A DNA stretch of 64,000 nt, from the NCBI RefSeq assembly GCF_018977255.1, contig NW_024704743.1, positions 27,716,001 to 27,780,000 on the forward strand, in the 5' to 3' direction. Position 1 is the first letter of the stretch, and the number at the start of each line of letters is the position of its first letter. Source of the DNA: Callorhinchus milii. Taxonomy: Eukaryota. This document shows, one piece after another, positions 12,721 through 25,493 of the stretch. The translations under genes and the position numbers were made by a program. Under the pieces are notes generated by a model that was not told the origin of the DNA, made no database searches, and saw only the letters and a program-made list of their open reading frames with translations.

Positions 12721-12885
12721 AAACATAGACATGAAAAAATTAGAGGAGTCAAATTAATGCAAAAATATAAAATGCTGTTCACTCATACAAAGTATGTATA
12801 GATGGAAGGAAGGGAATTTTGTGAAATATAAATTCCTTGCTAACCCAGTTTAGTGGAAACACATATCTGGTTGATTCACATACCT

Positions 12886-13122
12886 GGGGTAAAATTCCAC
12901 CTGTATCTAGAGTTATACTATTAATATATAATTGTTTAACATCCAGAGTTTGGGAAATTGGTGCATTCAGTTATAACTTTGAGATTGAATTTCTGTAGTT
13001 CTAAGAAGAACTTAAGAAAAATGGCTTCAAAGTTAAGATTGTATTTAAGAATTTGCCAAGTTCTGGATGTTCTGGATCGTTACATTAATAGGATACATCT
13101 AGATCCAGATGAAATTTCTAAT
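12886..13122. mobile_element. Palindromic MITE, copy 2 (whole element is an imperfect hairpin)
   Basis: 12892-12959 reverse-complements 13050-13117; pairing continues inward to a loop near 13002. Confidence 0.75.
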
Positions 13123-13959
13123 GGATTGAGAGTTTACAAGAAGGGTGTTCATGAAGATTACTGTACATTTGTTAAGATGAATGTATAAACAATGTTTTGA
13201 AGTGCTCTGAGATGCCATCCGGCGTGGAGGACGCTATATAAATCCAAGTTGTTGTTGTTAAACAAGTGAATTGGTTTCACTCAGATAGCACCAGTGGCCT
13301 GTTTTAAAAATCTGCAGTGAAAATGTGCTATGTGATGTGCGATATCACTGGTAATAATTACATATACCATATATTGAATCTCTAAACTATTATTATTAAT
13401 AAATAGCCCTTCTAAGCATGGGTATCATTGTGTTTGGTTAGTATTCAGAGTCATTTACCATTAAACTACTTGCTGCAGGAGATACAATTAGTGATAGGTT
13501 ACATTTCATTGTAGTGGTGCATGACTGCAAACACCCAGTTGTATTTCACCCAGTTAATGAGCAGCTGTAACATTAACTAATGAAAAGCATGACAGGAAAT
13601 GAACACACCCACCACAACATTAATTTTCCAAATGTACTCACTTGACCATTATGATCCTGGAAGCACGAGTTTGCTTTTATTTTGCTCTACACAATCAATT
13701 AACTTTTAAGCTCAAGGAAAGCACATCTGGTGTAGAATATGTGTCTTTAAGAAGAAATCACAGGGAAAAGTTCTTTTCTCATAGAATGAATGGAAAACTT
13801 CAGGATGATCAAATAATCCTTCAGATTCATTATTGTCAGATTACAAAGGTTTACTGATTATTCCAACACTGAACTCAATTTGAGGTTGAGGTGTTCATTT
13901 GACATTCTGCAGCTGACATTCTGCAACCTCCTTCACCTTTATCTACCTGGCCACTCACT

Positions 13960-14262
13960 TCACTTGGCTGACACTGGATTGCTCCATGTCTCTCCTTCTA
14001 TCCACCCCACCATTGACAGGGAGGCTTTCAGCCACTTGGTGCCTACTCTCTAAAACTCCTTTCCCAGATCTCTCTAATTCACTCCCTCCTTCTCCTCTTT
14101 CAAGGTTCACCTCAAAACATACCTCTTTGTGCTTTTGGTCATCTTTCCACTCCTCACTCCCTCAATTCTCACCCTCACCTCCAGTGCCCAGCCAGAATTG
14201 TCAATTGCTTTTGGGTGTACTCATGATGTGAAAGGTGCTATACATAAGTGTATATTGTATTG
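13960..14262 (+). mobile_element. L2-like LINE 3' end
   Basis: gggaggctttcagccac...ctctttcaaggttcacctcaaaacatacctc...gtgaaaggtgctatacataagtg tail. Confidence 0.6.
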
Positions 14263-14364
14263 TCCATGTCCACAAAATATGGAAATATTGTGTATTTGCC
14301 CTCCACATCATAAAATAGGCTCCTACTCCAGTGCAAAAATGAAGAGCCCTGGAGAGTCATGGAT

Positions 14365-14702
14365 GCCACTTTTCTGATAAGGTGCACTGTTGGAGGTGCA
14401 TTGCCCCATTGTCAGATGGGACATTAAACCAAGCTCTATCTACCTGGTTAGGATGTTAAAGATCCCAATGCATGACTCTAAAAGAGGAGTCTCTCAGTTT
14501 CTTCCAGTGTTCCTTTTAACAATCCACCAGATAACATTGATCATTCACTTTACGGCTGTTTGTGGGACATGTCTGTGCACAAATCAGCTGTCATGTTCGC
14601 CTACAAAATTGACAGTCACTCCACTTTATAGTAACGTCTGTGAAGCACTTTTAAAAGTTCTCCTGATATGAAAGGTGCTTTATCAAACATAAGGATTATT
14701 CA
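14365..14702 (+). mobile_element. DeuSINE-type SINE, 5'-truncated
   Basis: gcactgttggaggtgc...cagatgggacattaaacc...ggatgttaaagatccc core plus shared tail. Confidence 0.75.
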
Positions 14703-15579
14703 TCTCTTGACTGTTTGTGGAACTTTGACTACTGCAAATGGCTTCCATTTTTATCAGCAAAACTAGTAATTTCACTTGAACTGCGAAGCACTTTTCAAAA
14801 CTTCAAGGTGATAAAGTGTTCCACAAAATCCAAGTTATTTCTTTTTCTTTGAGTTGGCATCTTACCCATCACTTATTGTACATGACGAGAAAGTTTAATT
14901 TGAACGGACACCATCTGTCAGTGCTTGCCGAGTCCAGATGCAGGTTGGGTTACCCTTGAATGATAACCCAACACCTAAAACTAGCAGCACTCATCCAACA
15001 ACATGTTCAGGTTACCTGGTTGGAGGACTGCAATATGCAAGCAATGGCCCAGGTAATGGGGTTGCTGATTGTATAACCATTGAGCCAAATGTTTACAGTG
15101 AAATATGTCACTAGATGTTTGGATCTGTATTTGATCACTGAAGTGATTAATAAATCTCAAAATAAATGTGCTTCTTCACTCAGTGTATGTATTAAGCAGC
15201 TCACCAATACTCTGCAGCCCATTGCAAGTCATCATTTGCACCATTGGTTCTCTGTGGTGATGTTAGCAATGATCCACACTGTTCTGAAGGCCTGTGTATC
15301 ATCTCATTGACAGAGTGTGTCGTGTTCCTGGGCTGCTATCCAACTTTAAAGTGCAAGCCCTGAGGCGTGCTGCTGCCTGCTGTGGAACAAAGAAAAATCT
15401 GGGAGCTAAAAGGGCAAGAAAAGGAGGCAGAACACTTTGAGCAGTCAAAATAAAGTAAAAGGCTGATGTGGAAATGCATTCACTATTTTGTCTTGGTTTT
15501 AAGGTGATTGGTACCTCAATGGTTATTCTATAAAATGTTCTGTAGAATGGGTACCGGAAATCTGGAAATCTCTCGCCCA

Positions 15580-15776
15580 AAACGCTTTGGATGCTGGATC
15601 AATTCAAATTTTGAAGACTAAGGTGGATAGATTTTTGTTAGTTAAGGGTATCAAGCGATATGAGGCAAAGGCGGGTAGTTACAGTTGTGGTACAGACCAG
15701 CGTTGATCAAATAGAATGGCAGAATAGGCTCGAGGGGTGAACGGCCTACTCAGGTTCTTACGTTTCCTATGGTTTC
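15580..15776 (+). mobile_element. CR1-type LINE 3' end
   Basis: gatagatttttgttagttaagggtatcaag...gaatggcagaataggctcgagggg...ggcctactc tail; homologous to 47745-47899. Confidence 0.8.
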
Positions 15777-15927
15777 AGAGAAGAAAGCATTTTGAAGGGT
15801 GGTGTGAGAAAAGAAAAAGTGGATGAAATAAAGAAGGCTTTTTCTGCCGTAGGCATTGTCAATGCCTTCAACACTATTGTATACATATAAATGTTCTCAT
15901 TGTCACTATTTAGATGGGTATCATTGT

Positions 15928-16915
15928 ACAATACAATAAAAAATTACATGTCTATAGCGCCTTTCACATTGGGAGGGCATCCAAAGACACTCGACAGACA
16001 GGGATTTCGACCCGAGAAGGGGGCGGGTTTTTTTTTGGGATGAGGGAGAGTAGAAGGTAGGCAGGGCAGGAGGGTAGCCAAAGGCGCAGTCAAAGAGGAG
16101 AGTCTAGAGACGTGCCTTGAAGGATGCAAGGGAGGGAGTGAGGTGAAGGGAATTTGGGATGGAGTTTCAAAGGGTGGCTGCAGAGAGGCTGAAGGCTCGA
16201 CCACTGATAGTGGGGCGGGTCAGGCGGTTGACGTGTAGCAGGCCGGAGCCTGCTGACCGGAGGGAGCGGACAGGTTGATATGAGGTAAGAGGGTCATAGA
16301 AGTAGGAAAGGGCAATGCCATGGAGGGTCTTGAAGGTGAGAATAATGGTTTTGAACTCTATCCTGTGGGGATGGGGAGCCAGTAGAACCGGGCCAGGGTG
16401 GGGGTGATGGAGTCACAGAGCCTGGTGTGGGAGAAGACGCAAGTTGCAGATTTCTGGATGATCTGCAGCTGGTGGAGAGAAGAGTTGGGAAGACCGACAA
16501 GCAGGGAGTTGGCGCAGCGAAGCCTAGATATGATCAACGTGTGAATGAGGGTTTCGTTGAACTGAGGGGCAAGGCAGTTGCCCGTCAGATGATATTGCGG
16601 AGGTGGGGGAAGCCAGAGCGGGTCATGGCATGGATGTGGGGGAAAAAGGACAGTTGAGGGTCATACAAATACCAAGATGTCTGACAGACAAACTGTCAGG
16701 ACAGCAGTGGTCTTGGAGTTGAGGGTGGAAGAAGAGAGATAGAGTTGGGTGTCATCCCCGTACATGTGGAAGTTGATCCAATGTCGGCAAATGATGTCAC
16801 CAAGAAGGAACATATACATGTCGAAGAGGAGAGGACCAAGGACAGCCCTGGGGAACACCGCACGAGAAGGTACAGGGCCTGGAGGAGAAGCGCCCACACC
16901 ATAAATTGTTTCACA
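15928..16915 (-). mobile_element. L2-clade LINE, RT domain to 3' tail, with internal deletion
   Basis: ORF 16661-16933: (PQG)xVLGPLLF..Y...[23 protein letters not shown] = L2 RT motifs; C-terminal LHWLP region and tail follow. Confidence 0.9.
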
Positions 16916-16938
16916 CTGGACTTGTAAAGCCAAGCACA

Positions 16939-17259
16939 GGACTGTAGCTCAGTGGTTAGAGCACTCGCTTTGCAAGCGAGAAACCTGGGTTCAATTCCAG
17001 GCAGGGCGAAACCTTGGGCAAGTTTCCTTACTCCACACACCTAATAATAATCCCGCCATAAACAAAAACAATAATAAATTGGTCATTTTCAATCCACGAC
17101 TGTTTGTGGGACACTGCTGTGCGCAATTGGCAGCCGCGTTTCGTCCACAAATATACAGTCAATTCACTTTACAGCATATTCTGTGAAGCTTATTGAGACA
17201 TCTAGAAGACATGGAAAGCACTATATTGAATGTTAGATTATTATTATGATTATTGTTAT
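16939..17259 (+). mobile_element. Younger tRNA-derived SINE, short variant
   Basis: Near-identical to 11873-12193. Confidence 0.92.
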
Positions 17260-18549
17260 CCATCTTTTCCATGCTGGCAGCAAAACTTTTACTTTTGTTC
17301 CTTTGGGTTGCAATTTCCAATACATTTTGGCTCCTATATAGTACCACTACATTGTGCATCCGTACACTTGATTTATAATTTCCGTTGAAACAATATGTGT
17401 TTTTCTATATTATCCAGAAAAGGACAACTTTCTACTAAATGTAGACAGACACCCAGGTTTTAGTATTGTTCAATACAGTACTAAATACACATGCCATTCC
17501 ATTTTATCTTGAGGGAGTAATAGTTGAAAAGCTTTCATGCCCATAGCATCAATTGTAACTTTATAAGGTACTGCAAAGAAGAATTTATAGAGTAAAACAT
17601 AGGTAGTAAAAGGCCATATGCCCAGGGCAATGCCCCCAAAATACCATAAAACATTATTAAGTGAACAGGTCTTGAAATAAAATGCTGTGTGGATCACTCT
17701 GAATTGAAAAGATCTTGCAACATAGGGAATGATACACAAGAAAACAGATGACAAAGAAAAAACAGATGGTTTGAGAAGCAACCAGTTCACAAACATTCCA
17801 GAAAGCCCCATTAAAAATACTGTAGAGTAAAAGTCGTCTTCATGTGAAATATGCCTTCAAAGGTTTGTGTAAAAAAAACAAATGGTATGTGTTGAACTAG
17901 TCCAGTATTATATAATTGTAAAAATCTTCCAGCACAACACAAGAGGGCAAAAAAATGCTCACTTCAATCAGTCAAACCTATGTGTTATTTGGTACAAATC
18001 GTTTTCCAAAGCAAATGGATGCTGGAAAATATTACGCATGTTGCGGGAAAGCAATTAGAATAGGTAATGCCGGCTACAGTTAAAATTGCAATAGTGTTCA
18101 TTGAAACCACTATGAAACCACTCTTTACTAACTTCAAAGTCAGTGAATCGTAGCTAGCTCTACTGCCCCCACTTTGGCAGGAGATTGGTAGAAATTCTAG
18201 AACAGTATGAAAGCTAATTGTGCAACATAAATGTAACATAAGTCTTGAAACAACCTTCAATTCTATGTCTAAAGGTCATTCCATGACCTAATAAGTCATC
18301 TTGCCCCTCCACCAATATTGTAGCAGGCAGTGGTAATTCTGATGGAAAGTTGCAGCAAGCTAAAAGAATAGAAGAGGATGAATTTTTTTTTGTAGCACAT
18401 GCAGCTAAATAAAACAGTGACTTTCATTTATGTATACTGCATAGCACCCTTCCTGCTGCATAGAATGTTGGAGCACTGAAATACACCTTTTATTGGCTAA
18501 TTGATTAACTGAGTTACTGCAGGTCATGTCACTGTACATTTTCACATGC

Positions 18550-18872
18550 AATAATAAAATAATAATAATAATCGCATTTGAAATAGCACTTTTCACGTCT
18601 TCTAGATGTCTCAAAGTGCTTCACAGAATATACTGTAAAATGAATTGACTGTATGCTTGTGAGCGAAACGCAGCAGCCAATTGCACACAGCAGTGTCCCA
18701 CAAACAGTTATGGATTGAGTGACCAAATTATTATCGCTTTTATTCTTGAGGGACTTATTATCAGATGTGTGGAGTAAGGAAACTTGCCCAAGCTTTTGCC
18801 CTGCCAGGAACTGAACCCAGGTAGGTCTCTTGCTTGCAAGGCGAGTGCTCTAACTACTGAGCTACAGGACTC
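18550..18872 (-). mobile_element. Younger tRNA-derived SINE, short variant
   Basis: Reverse complement of the 11873-12193 family; head gagtcctgtagctcagtagttagagcactcgcc. Confidence 0.9.
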
Positions 18873-20077
18873 AATTTATTCATTATGATGCTTACCAAGG
18901 TTCATATACCATGCATACAAGTGAATTAAAGATTAGCCTTTGGCAGAAATGCAATGCTTCAGTATATATCAGGTACGAGGAGCCATGGGATCTACCTGCA
19001 GTAGATAAACCTACAAATTTGTGAAAGCTCCATAGACCACAAAAACAATGTAGTTACTGCCCTCTCCCAGTCTATTGGTCATTAACAAAATGATTACTAC
19101 TGATCCAAATTCTCTGAGAATGAGAGGAAAAAACATGCCTTTATTGTAATGCCAAAGCTGATAAGGACAGGCAGTGAAAACGAGAAAGAAAATACAGAAA
19201 ACAGAAAAATGAGATGGAGAGAGTACATAAAGGTTATTGGCAGAGATGGTGGGAAGGAAAGAGTTCCTGGGGAAGTTAAATTAGATACAGAAGATAGAAA
19301 GTACCTCACAATACAAAGAAACAAGGAGAGAGAAATTGAGAGAGGAGTGAGAGAGTCGAAAACCTCAGAAAAAGAACAAAAGAGAATAAGAAATGGTAGG
19401 CGAGAAATACAGAACATCACGGAACAGTGAGAACACACACCAGGAGATAGAAGCAAGATACTGAGAGAAGAAAAGGGCATATGGCAGGGTACAAGAAAAG
19501 TATCGGCAGTGGGCAGATGATGTGAAGATATATGGTTTTAGGAGCCACTAGTCTGCAACTTTATGAGGGTTATTTTATAGAACATGAATGATTCATGTAT
19601 GCCTTATGCATTTACTTTTACCATTAGTGAGAAAAAGCTATGATATTTTTCATAGTTTTATTTCCATTTATTACATGTTTTTTTTTACTGTTTTGTCCAC
19701 ATAAACAATCCAAGTGAACAGCCATGATTGATTGCTGAGTGATCAAAACAGTTTTGCAAGTACTGTAATGTTTCTCAAACTTTCATGAATCAAAAGGATT
19801 TTTCCTGCAAAGCCGTATCATAAACAACCTCAAATCAAATGGCTCCCAACAAGTCACTCATGATAATTCAGAGTTTTGCCTCTGGCTAACCATTTTTATG
19901 ATGCTATACAAATACTCTGATACACAATGAAATTATAGCCATTTCAGATTGTTTGCATAGCCACTCATGAGCAGGCTGTACAGCATGACACAATATGTTG
20001 TTTTGACAATATGGTGTATGGCATGTAGGAAGGACTGCGCTTGAAGTCTTGAAGTGGAACATGATATGTAACTCAAC

Positions 20078-20435
20078 AATAGTAATATTAATCCTTGCAT
20101 CTGATATAGCACTTTTCAAGTGTTCGAGATGTCTCAAAGTGCTTTGCAGAATATGCTGTAACATGAATTGACTGTATATTTGTGGGCAAAACGCAGCAGC
20201 CAATTGCACACAGCATGTTCCCACAAACAGTCGTGGATTAAGTGACCAAGTTTTTTTTTTAGGGATTATTATCCCCGGAAAAGCAATCCGCCAATCGACT
20301 AACAACTGGGTTCCTATTTACGGCTAGGTAAACAGAGGTGTGTGGAGTAAGGAAACTTGCCCAACATATTGCCCTGCCGGGAATAGAACCCAGGTCTCTC
20401 ACTTGCGAGGCGAGTGCTCTAACCAATGTGCCACA
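20078..20435 (-). mobile_element. Younger tRNA-derived SINE, long variant
   Basis: Head, extra middle segment (cctctgtttacctagccgtaaataggaacccag...), shared tail. Confidence 0.9.
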
Positions 20436-21859
20436 TGTGCAAACAGTGCCAGTCTAGGAGCATTGACTTGTTGAGGGTCTGAAGCTTTATTTGCTCATTG
20501 GGATACTGGTTATAGTGCCCACAGTGTCTATGCTGTCAGTGTAGAATAACAAAAGGCACATGGTACAAGTATACAGTATACAGTATAAAATGATTATAAG
20601 GTACTATACAGTACCTCAACATAATAAAGGGGTTCGAGTAAATCTTCAACCTGTGGGGTTCATGTTGCCACCCTTCCCATTATCGAGCACAACATTGCGT
20701 TGCAGTTTCCCAGCGCGCTTCCAAACCACTTGTCGTTGCATACAACGTATTGCATAATTTTTATGTGAAAAAAAACACGCTGCCTTACTGTTGTTTTTTT
20801 TTTGTAGTGTATAGGAAACCTTCCATTGCGATGCTTTGATCGTGCAGTGGGTGGGAAGAAGGCTGATACAAGCACTCTGCTGCATGCGCTCATGGTTAGA
20901 CAAGATGACATGATAGGAAGGTGGTCATCATTGTGTGTGTGTGTGTGGGTGCATTATTTTGCAGTGTGTTTGCAAGGTATCTGATCTCCTGTGCTTATTC
21001 CAATCACATATTTGAAAACGGGGAATGATTGCGAACTCGTATTGCAATCCCACAACGCTCGGTCACTGGCGTAAGGCTTTGTGTAGTATTTCAGCACTGC
21101 AGTCCTCCAAAGCTGTCAGAAGGTGTGTGTGTGTGTGTGGAGCACGATGTCACAGGGCAAACGAATATATGACACCAGACAGAGAAGGTTCAATTATCCT
21201 CCAAGCCCCCCACATCCCCCCCACCCCCCCCCCCCACCCCCCCCCCCCACCTCTCTCCCCACCCCACAATAATTCAGTAGTTATTCGTAAAATAAATTGA
21301 TGTGTTGGTAGATGATGTTCGTGCAACATTTCAATAAGAAATATGGAATTGCACTATGATCAGGCGACCAGCTTCAGATCCAGACCCCACGGTGTTATAC
21401 TATAGTCTGTTTGATGCAATCGCAATCTTCCTGGAAGTCTTCTTTTTTTGAGTTCCTATAAACCGATGTTAAATAAAACCACTGCATGCAGTTAAGAAGG
21501 AACAGTTTCACAAAATGGCTTTCTGAGGAAGTGCATGAAAAATAGCAAACCTTGGCTGTTTCTTGTTCTGCAGCGGAGATGAGTTGAAGTATCACATCTG
21601 AGTTATCGAAGCGAACCGATAAAGAGACGTTGCAATGCAATAATGTGGTTCTGTGTTTGAAACGCATTTTAAACTGATAAACCTTTAGCAGAGAGCAGAA
21701 TGCATAAGTTACAATACAACCAGCAAAGTTTCATGAAACGCTGTAGAGGAGAGGAGGAGGAGGGGGTGGGGTAGGGGGGTGGTGGTGGTGAGGGGGTTAT
21801 ACCCGCTCTTTTGCATAGAATCCACTACTATTTGGTGGTGTGTGTGTGTGTGTGTTTTT

Positions 21860-22537
21860 TTTTGCTAAGCTATTTTTTTTGCGGTCCTTTGCGACGCCTC
21901 CTGATGTGATGCAGTGGAGTTGCATTTGAAGGGGGGGTTAAAAGTGATGAATGCGTTGTGTGGTGGGTTACCGACCGTCGACGAGAGAGCAGGGGTGGGG
22001 GGGGGGCGGTGGGTGGGGGGGAAGAAGAGCACAACAGTTGGGAGTTGCAGCGAGCGCGTAATCGGGCTGATCTGCTGCGAGGGGCGGATATTTCCTGGGG
22101 CTGCTTTGCAGAATGTGATGAGAGGGCGAATACGCAATGGGTGAGAAACTGACTGACGCACTGGAGTCGGGGAGCGGAGAGCAGCAGCAATAGCAGCAGC
22201 AGCAGCAGCAGCAGCGACCACTGCTGTACGCCGCTCACTCCGGAGCTGCGCTTTGGACTCGCCAGATCGCCCTCTCCAGATCATCCCCAGAAACACTGTG
22301 ATCTTCAGCAGCACACACACACATACACACACACACACACACGCAGAGAGACATACACAGAGAGACAGAGAAACACACATACACACAGAGACACACACAC
22401 ACACACACACACACACAGAGAGAAAAATTCCACAATGCTGCAGATAGCACATCGACTCCCGAGAAGATTTGCGGTGTCCCTCGTGTAATTTTTTCAGGAC
22501 GCCTGGATTCTGTGTGGGTGCTGATGTGTTATTTGGG
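21860..22537 (+). promoter_or_regulatory. VSTM2A: CpG-rich promoter / 5' UTR region of VSTM2A, with (CAG)n and (CA/GA)n microsatellites
   Basis: Marked rise in CpG density; GC boxes (ggggcgg at ~22004 and ~22081); (CAG)n 22181-22216; TSS not determinable. Confidence 0.6.
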
Positions 22538-22616
22538 ATGATGGGGACCGTTTCTCTCTCTCTTGGATTTGGTTGCATCTTTATCTTCTTCGCTCAGTTG
22601 ACCTTTTCATCCCAAG
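22538..22616 (+). CDS. VSTM2A: VSTM2A coding exon 1 (signal peptide)
   Basis: ATGATGGGG start, [26 protein letters not shown], donor AAG|GTAAGC. Confidence 0.9.
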
Positions 22617-25461
22617 GTAAGCTTGATTAATATATTCTTTGCCCCCCCCCCACCCCCCCCCCCCACCCCACCCACACCCCACCCCACCTCACCCCACACA
22701 CCTCTTGTTTGCAAACTGAAAATGAAAAGAAATGAACCGAGATGGATCTGTGTGTCTCAAGGCTGCTAAGTTGCTTTTTTTTTGGGGGGGGGGGGGAATA
22801 ATTAAACAAGGTAGGGGTTGGGAGGGATGGAGGAGTCGGTTGTTTATTGAAAAGCGAGTGGAATAAAAGTTGCACGTAAATAGTGGTGTGGGGAAGAGAC
22901 ACACTGTGTTATGTGTTTGAGGACTGGAAGGGAAAGGTAAGTCGTGCAAAATAGATGGATGGAGGGAAACAGATTGGGTGTGAGAGAGGCACAGGACCAC
23001 ACCGGGCACGACTGGAAACTGATTGATTTCCCCGAGTCTCTGACTGTCAAAGCAGAGACTTACTGTGGTCGTGGGAAGGGTATTTGTGTAGATGTGCCAC
23101 AGGAGTACAGCACAGCACCGGACTGTGTAACCTTGGCTATTTATTTTTTTTGCCCCCTCTGAGCGGATCGGTGGGCTGGAAAGCATGAAGCGTGAAGTGA
23201 CAGAGTGAGAAAGAGGGAGAGAGAGATCAACGATTGAGAAAGGCGAAGAACCAAGGGATGGGGTGGGGGGGGGGGGGGGGGTGGGGGGTGGAGGGGTGGG
23301 AGTTGGAGGGAGAAAATGCTGTAACATTCGGGAAAACTGGCAAAGAAGGAAGGAGGGGGAAAAGTGGGGGGAAAAAAGAACGTGTTCCCAAATAAAAGTA
23401 GGAGAGAGAGAGAGAGAGAGAGAGGGGGGGGAGTGTAAAAGAGAACATAGGAAAGATGAAGCTGAGCGAATAAGAGGAGGGAACACAAATAGGAGGCGAG
23501 TAATTCACTTGGGGTCAACTATTCAATGTGTCCGAATTTTTAGAGGCGTTAACTTGGAACCGATCGCTTTCAAACGATCGCTGCTGTGGTTTTAATGTCG
23601 GGGTTTGTATTTTCCTCGTGTTTAATGCACGGGAAGAAAACACGGAGGGCTCGAATAAGGGGAGCCAACAACTGGGGAATGAATGAACAAGCAGCAAGTC
23701 CAGCTGTTGCACATGCGAGGGGCTGTGTGCGTGTGTGTGTTGTGTGAGGTTGTGTGTGTGTGTGTGTTGTGTGTGTGTGTTGTGTGTGTGTTGTGTGTAG
23801 TTGTGTGTGTGTGTTGTATGTAGTTGTGTGTGTGTGTTGTGTGTGTGTGTTGTGTGTAGTTGTGTGTTGTGTGTAGTTGTGTTTGTGTTGTGTGTAGTTG
23901 TGTGTGTGTTGTATGTAGTTGTGTGCGTGTGTTTTGTGTAGTTGTGTGCGTGTGTTGTGTGTAGTGTGTGTGTGTTGTGTGTGTTGTGTGTAGTTGTGTG
24001 TGTGTTGTGTGTAGTTGTGTGTGTGTGTGTAGTTGTGTGCGTGTGTGTTGTGGAGGGTGGGGGGTGTTGTGTTGATGGTGACGGGGCTCTGCTAACGATT
24101 CCTGCAGTCATACATGACCTGGTGCGTTCAGGGAGGGGGGGGGGACTCTTTTTTTTAAAGAAAAAAAGCACGGTAAAAGATGTGAACCCCCACCCCCCCC
24201 CACCCCACTCCCCCACCCCCCACCCCCCACCCCCCACCCCCACCTTTTGCAGCGCGATTCACTGAGCTCCCCCGGAGCGTGACAGCCACCGAGGGGGAGA
24301 ATGTGGAGATGGCCTGCGCCTTCAGGGGCAGCGGGTCCCCATCCTACTACCTGGAGATCCAGTGGTGGTTCATTCGAGCTCCAGCCGACCAGGACTACAG
24401 CCCTGAAAACAGCAAGAGGCAGGTACGGCAAACCCCCCACCCCCCCCCCACCCCCCGCAACTGTGTGGCTTTTCCTCTGGGTTGAATTAATCGACCCTCT
24501 CTCTCTCTCTCTCTCCCCCCCCCCCCACTCCATCACCCACCATCACCAATACGCACGCATGCAAATGGTACCCGCATTTCCCATTTGTGCCCTGTCTTTG
24601 GTCGATTAAATGACTTTATGTAACGTAGTATAGCACTCTCGTAGCTGCTCTGCAAATAGATAGTACGTATGTGTGTGTGTCTCCCACCCACCCACCCCCC
24701 CACCCCCACCAATTATTATTATTATTATTAAACTTAACTCAGGCTGCGAATGCCTTTATCTGTCAATGTTGCTCTCCGCGTAATGTAACGTTACGCGGAA
24801 ACTATCGGTGGGAACTCAAAACACGTCCCGAGAGAGAGAAAATAATCAAAGGAACACAGATCCGAACGGTGCATCAACATTGGGGAAACCCTGCACTGAA
24901 GCGGTGCCCGAGCGACCCCCCCCCCCCCCCCCAACACCCCCCACCCCCACCCACCCACCCCGGGTGTGCGTGTTCCCGTTGCGGGTGACTGGATCGGGCG
25001 AGGGTCGAGCCCGGGCTGGTTGGTGTTTGCAACAGGTCTACCGCAGGGACCCCCCCGCCCCCCCCCCTTCCCCCCACCCACCACCAGCCTCACGTTGTGT
25101 GGGGGTGTGGGGGGGGACACACACACACACACCTTGAGGGGCGGGGAGTTCAGACGTGACAGGAGCAATGGGGGTGGGGAGAGGAAGGGGGTGCGGGTGG
25201 ATGGGGAGGGGGGTGGTGAGGGAGGGAGGGAGGGAGGGAGGGAGGGCGTCGGGGTGGGGGGGGGGGTTGGTATCAATGTTTTTTTGCACATTACCTGTAG
25301 CGTTGGAGCCTCTCCTGAGTTGACCATTGGCAGTCGGTGTTTATTTCCGAATGCACTTTTGTAATGAATATACTCTGCACACACATACATATGTGGGGGC
25401 CGTCTGGAGCGGGGGGGGGGGGGGGTGGGGTGTGAGTGTGTGTGGGGTGGGTGGGGGGGGG

Positions 25462-25493
<32 letters not shown>

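Noticed and set aside
17440..18370. Possible decayed DNA-transposon coding remnant
   Set aside because: Only vague motif resemblance in broken frames; not supportable without a tblastn/HMM search
19097..19500. Charged Glu/Arg/Lys-rich ORF (19149-19430) and hydrophobic antisense ORF
   Set aside because: Purine-rich low-complexity tract with no splice or homology support
23105..23130. REST/NRSF RE1-like site (cagcaccggactg); partial matches also near 27957 and 63590
   Set aside because: Half-site spacing or the second half-site departs from the RE1 consensus
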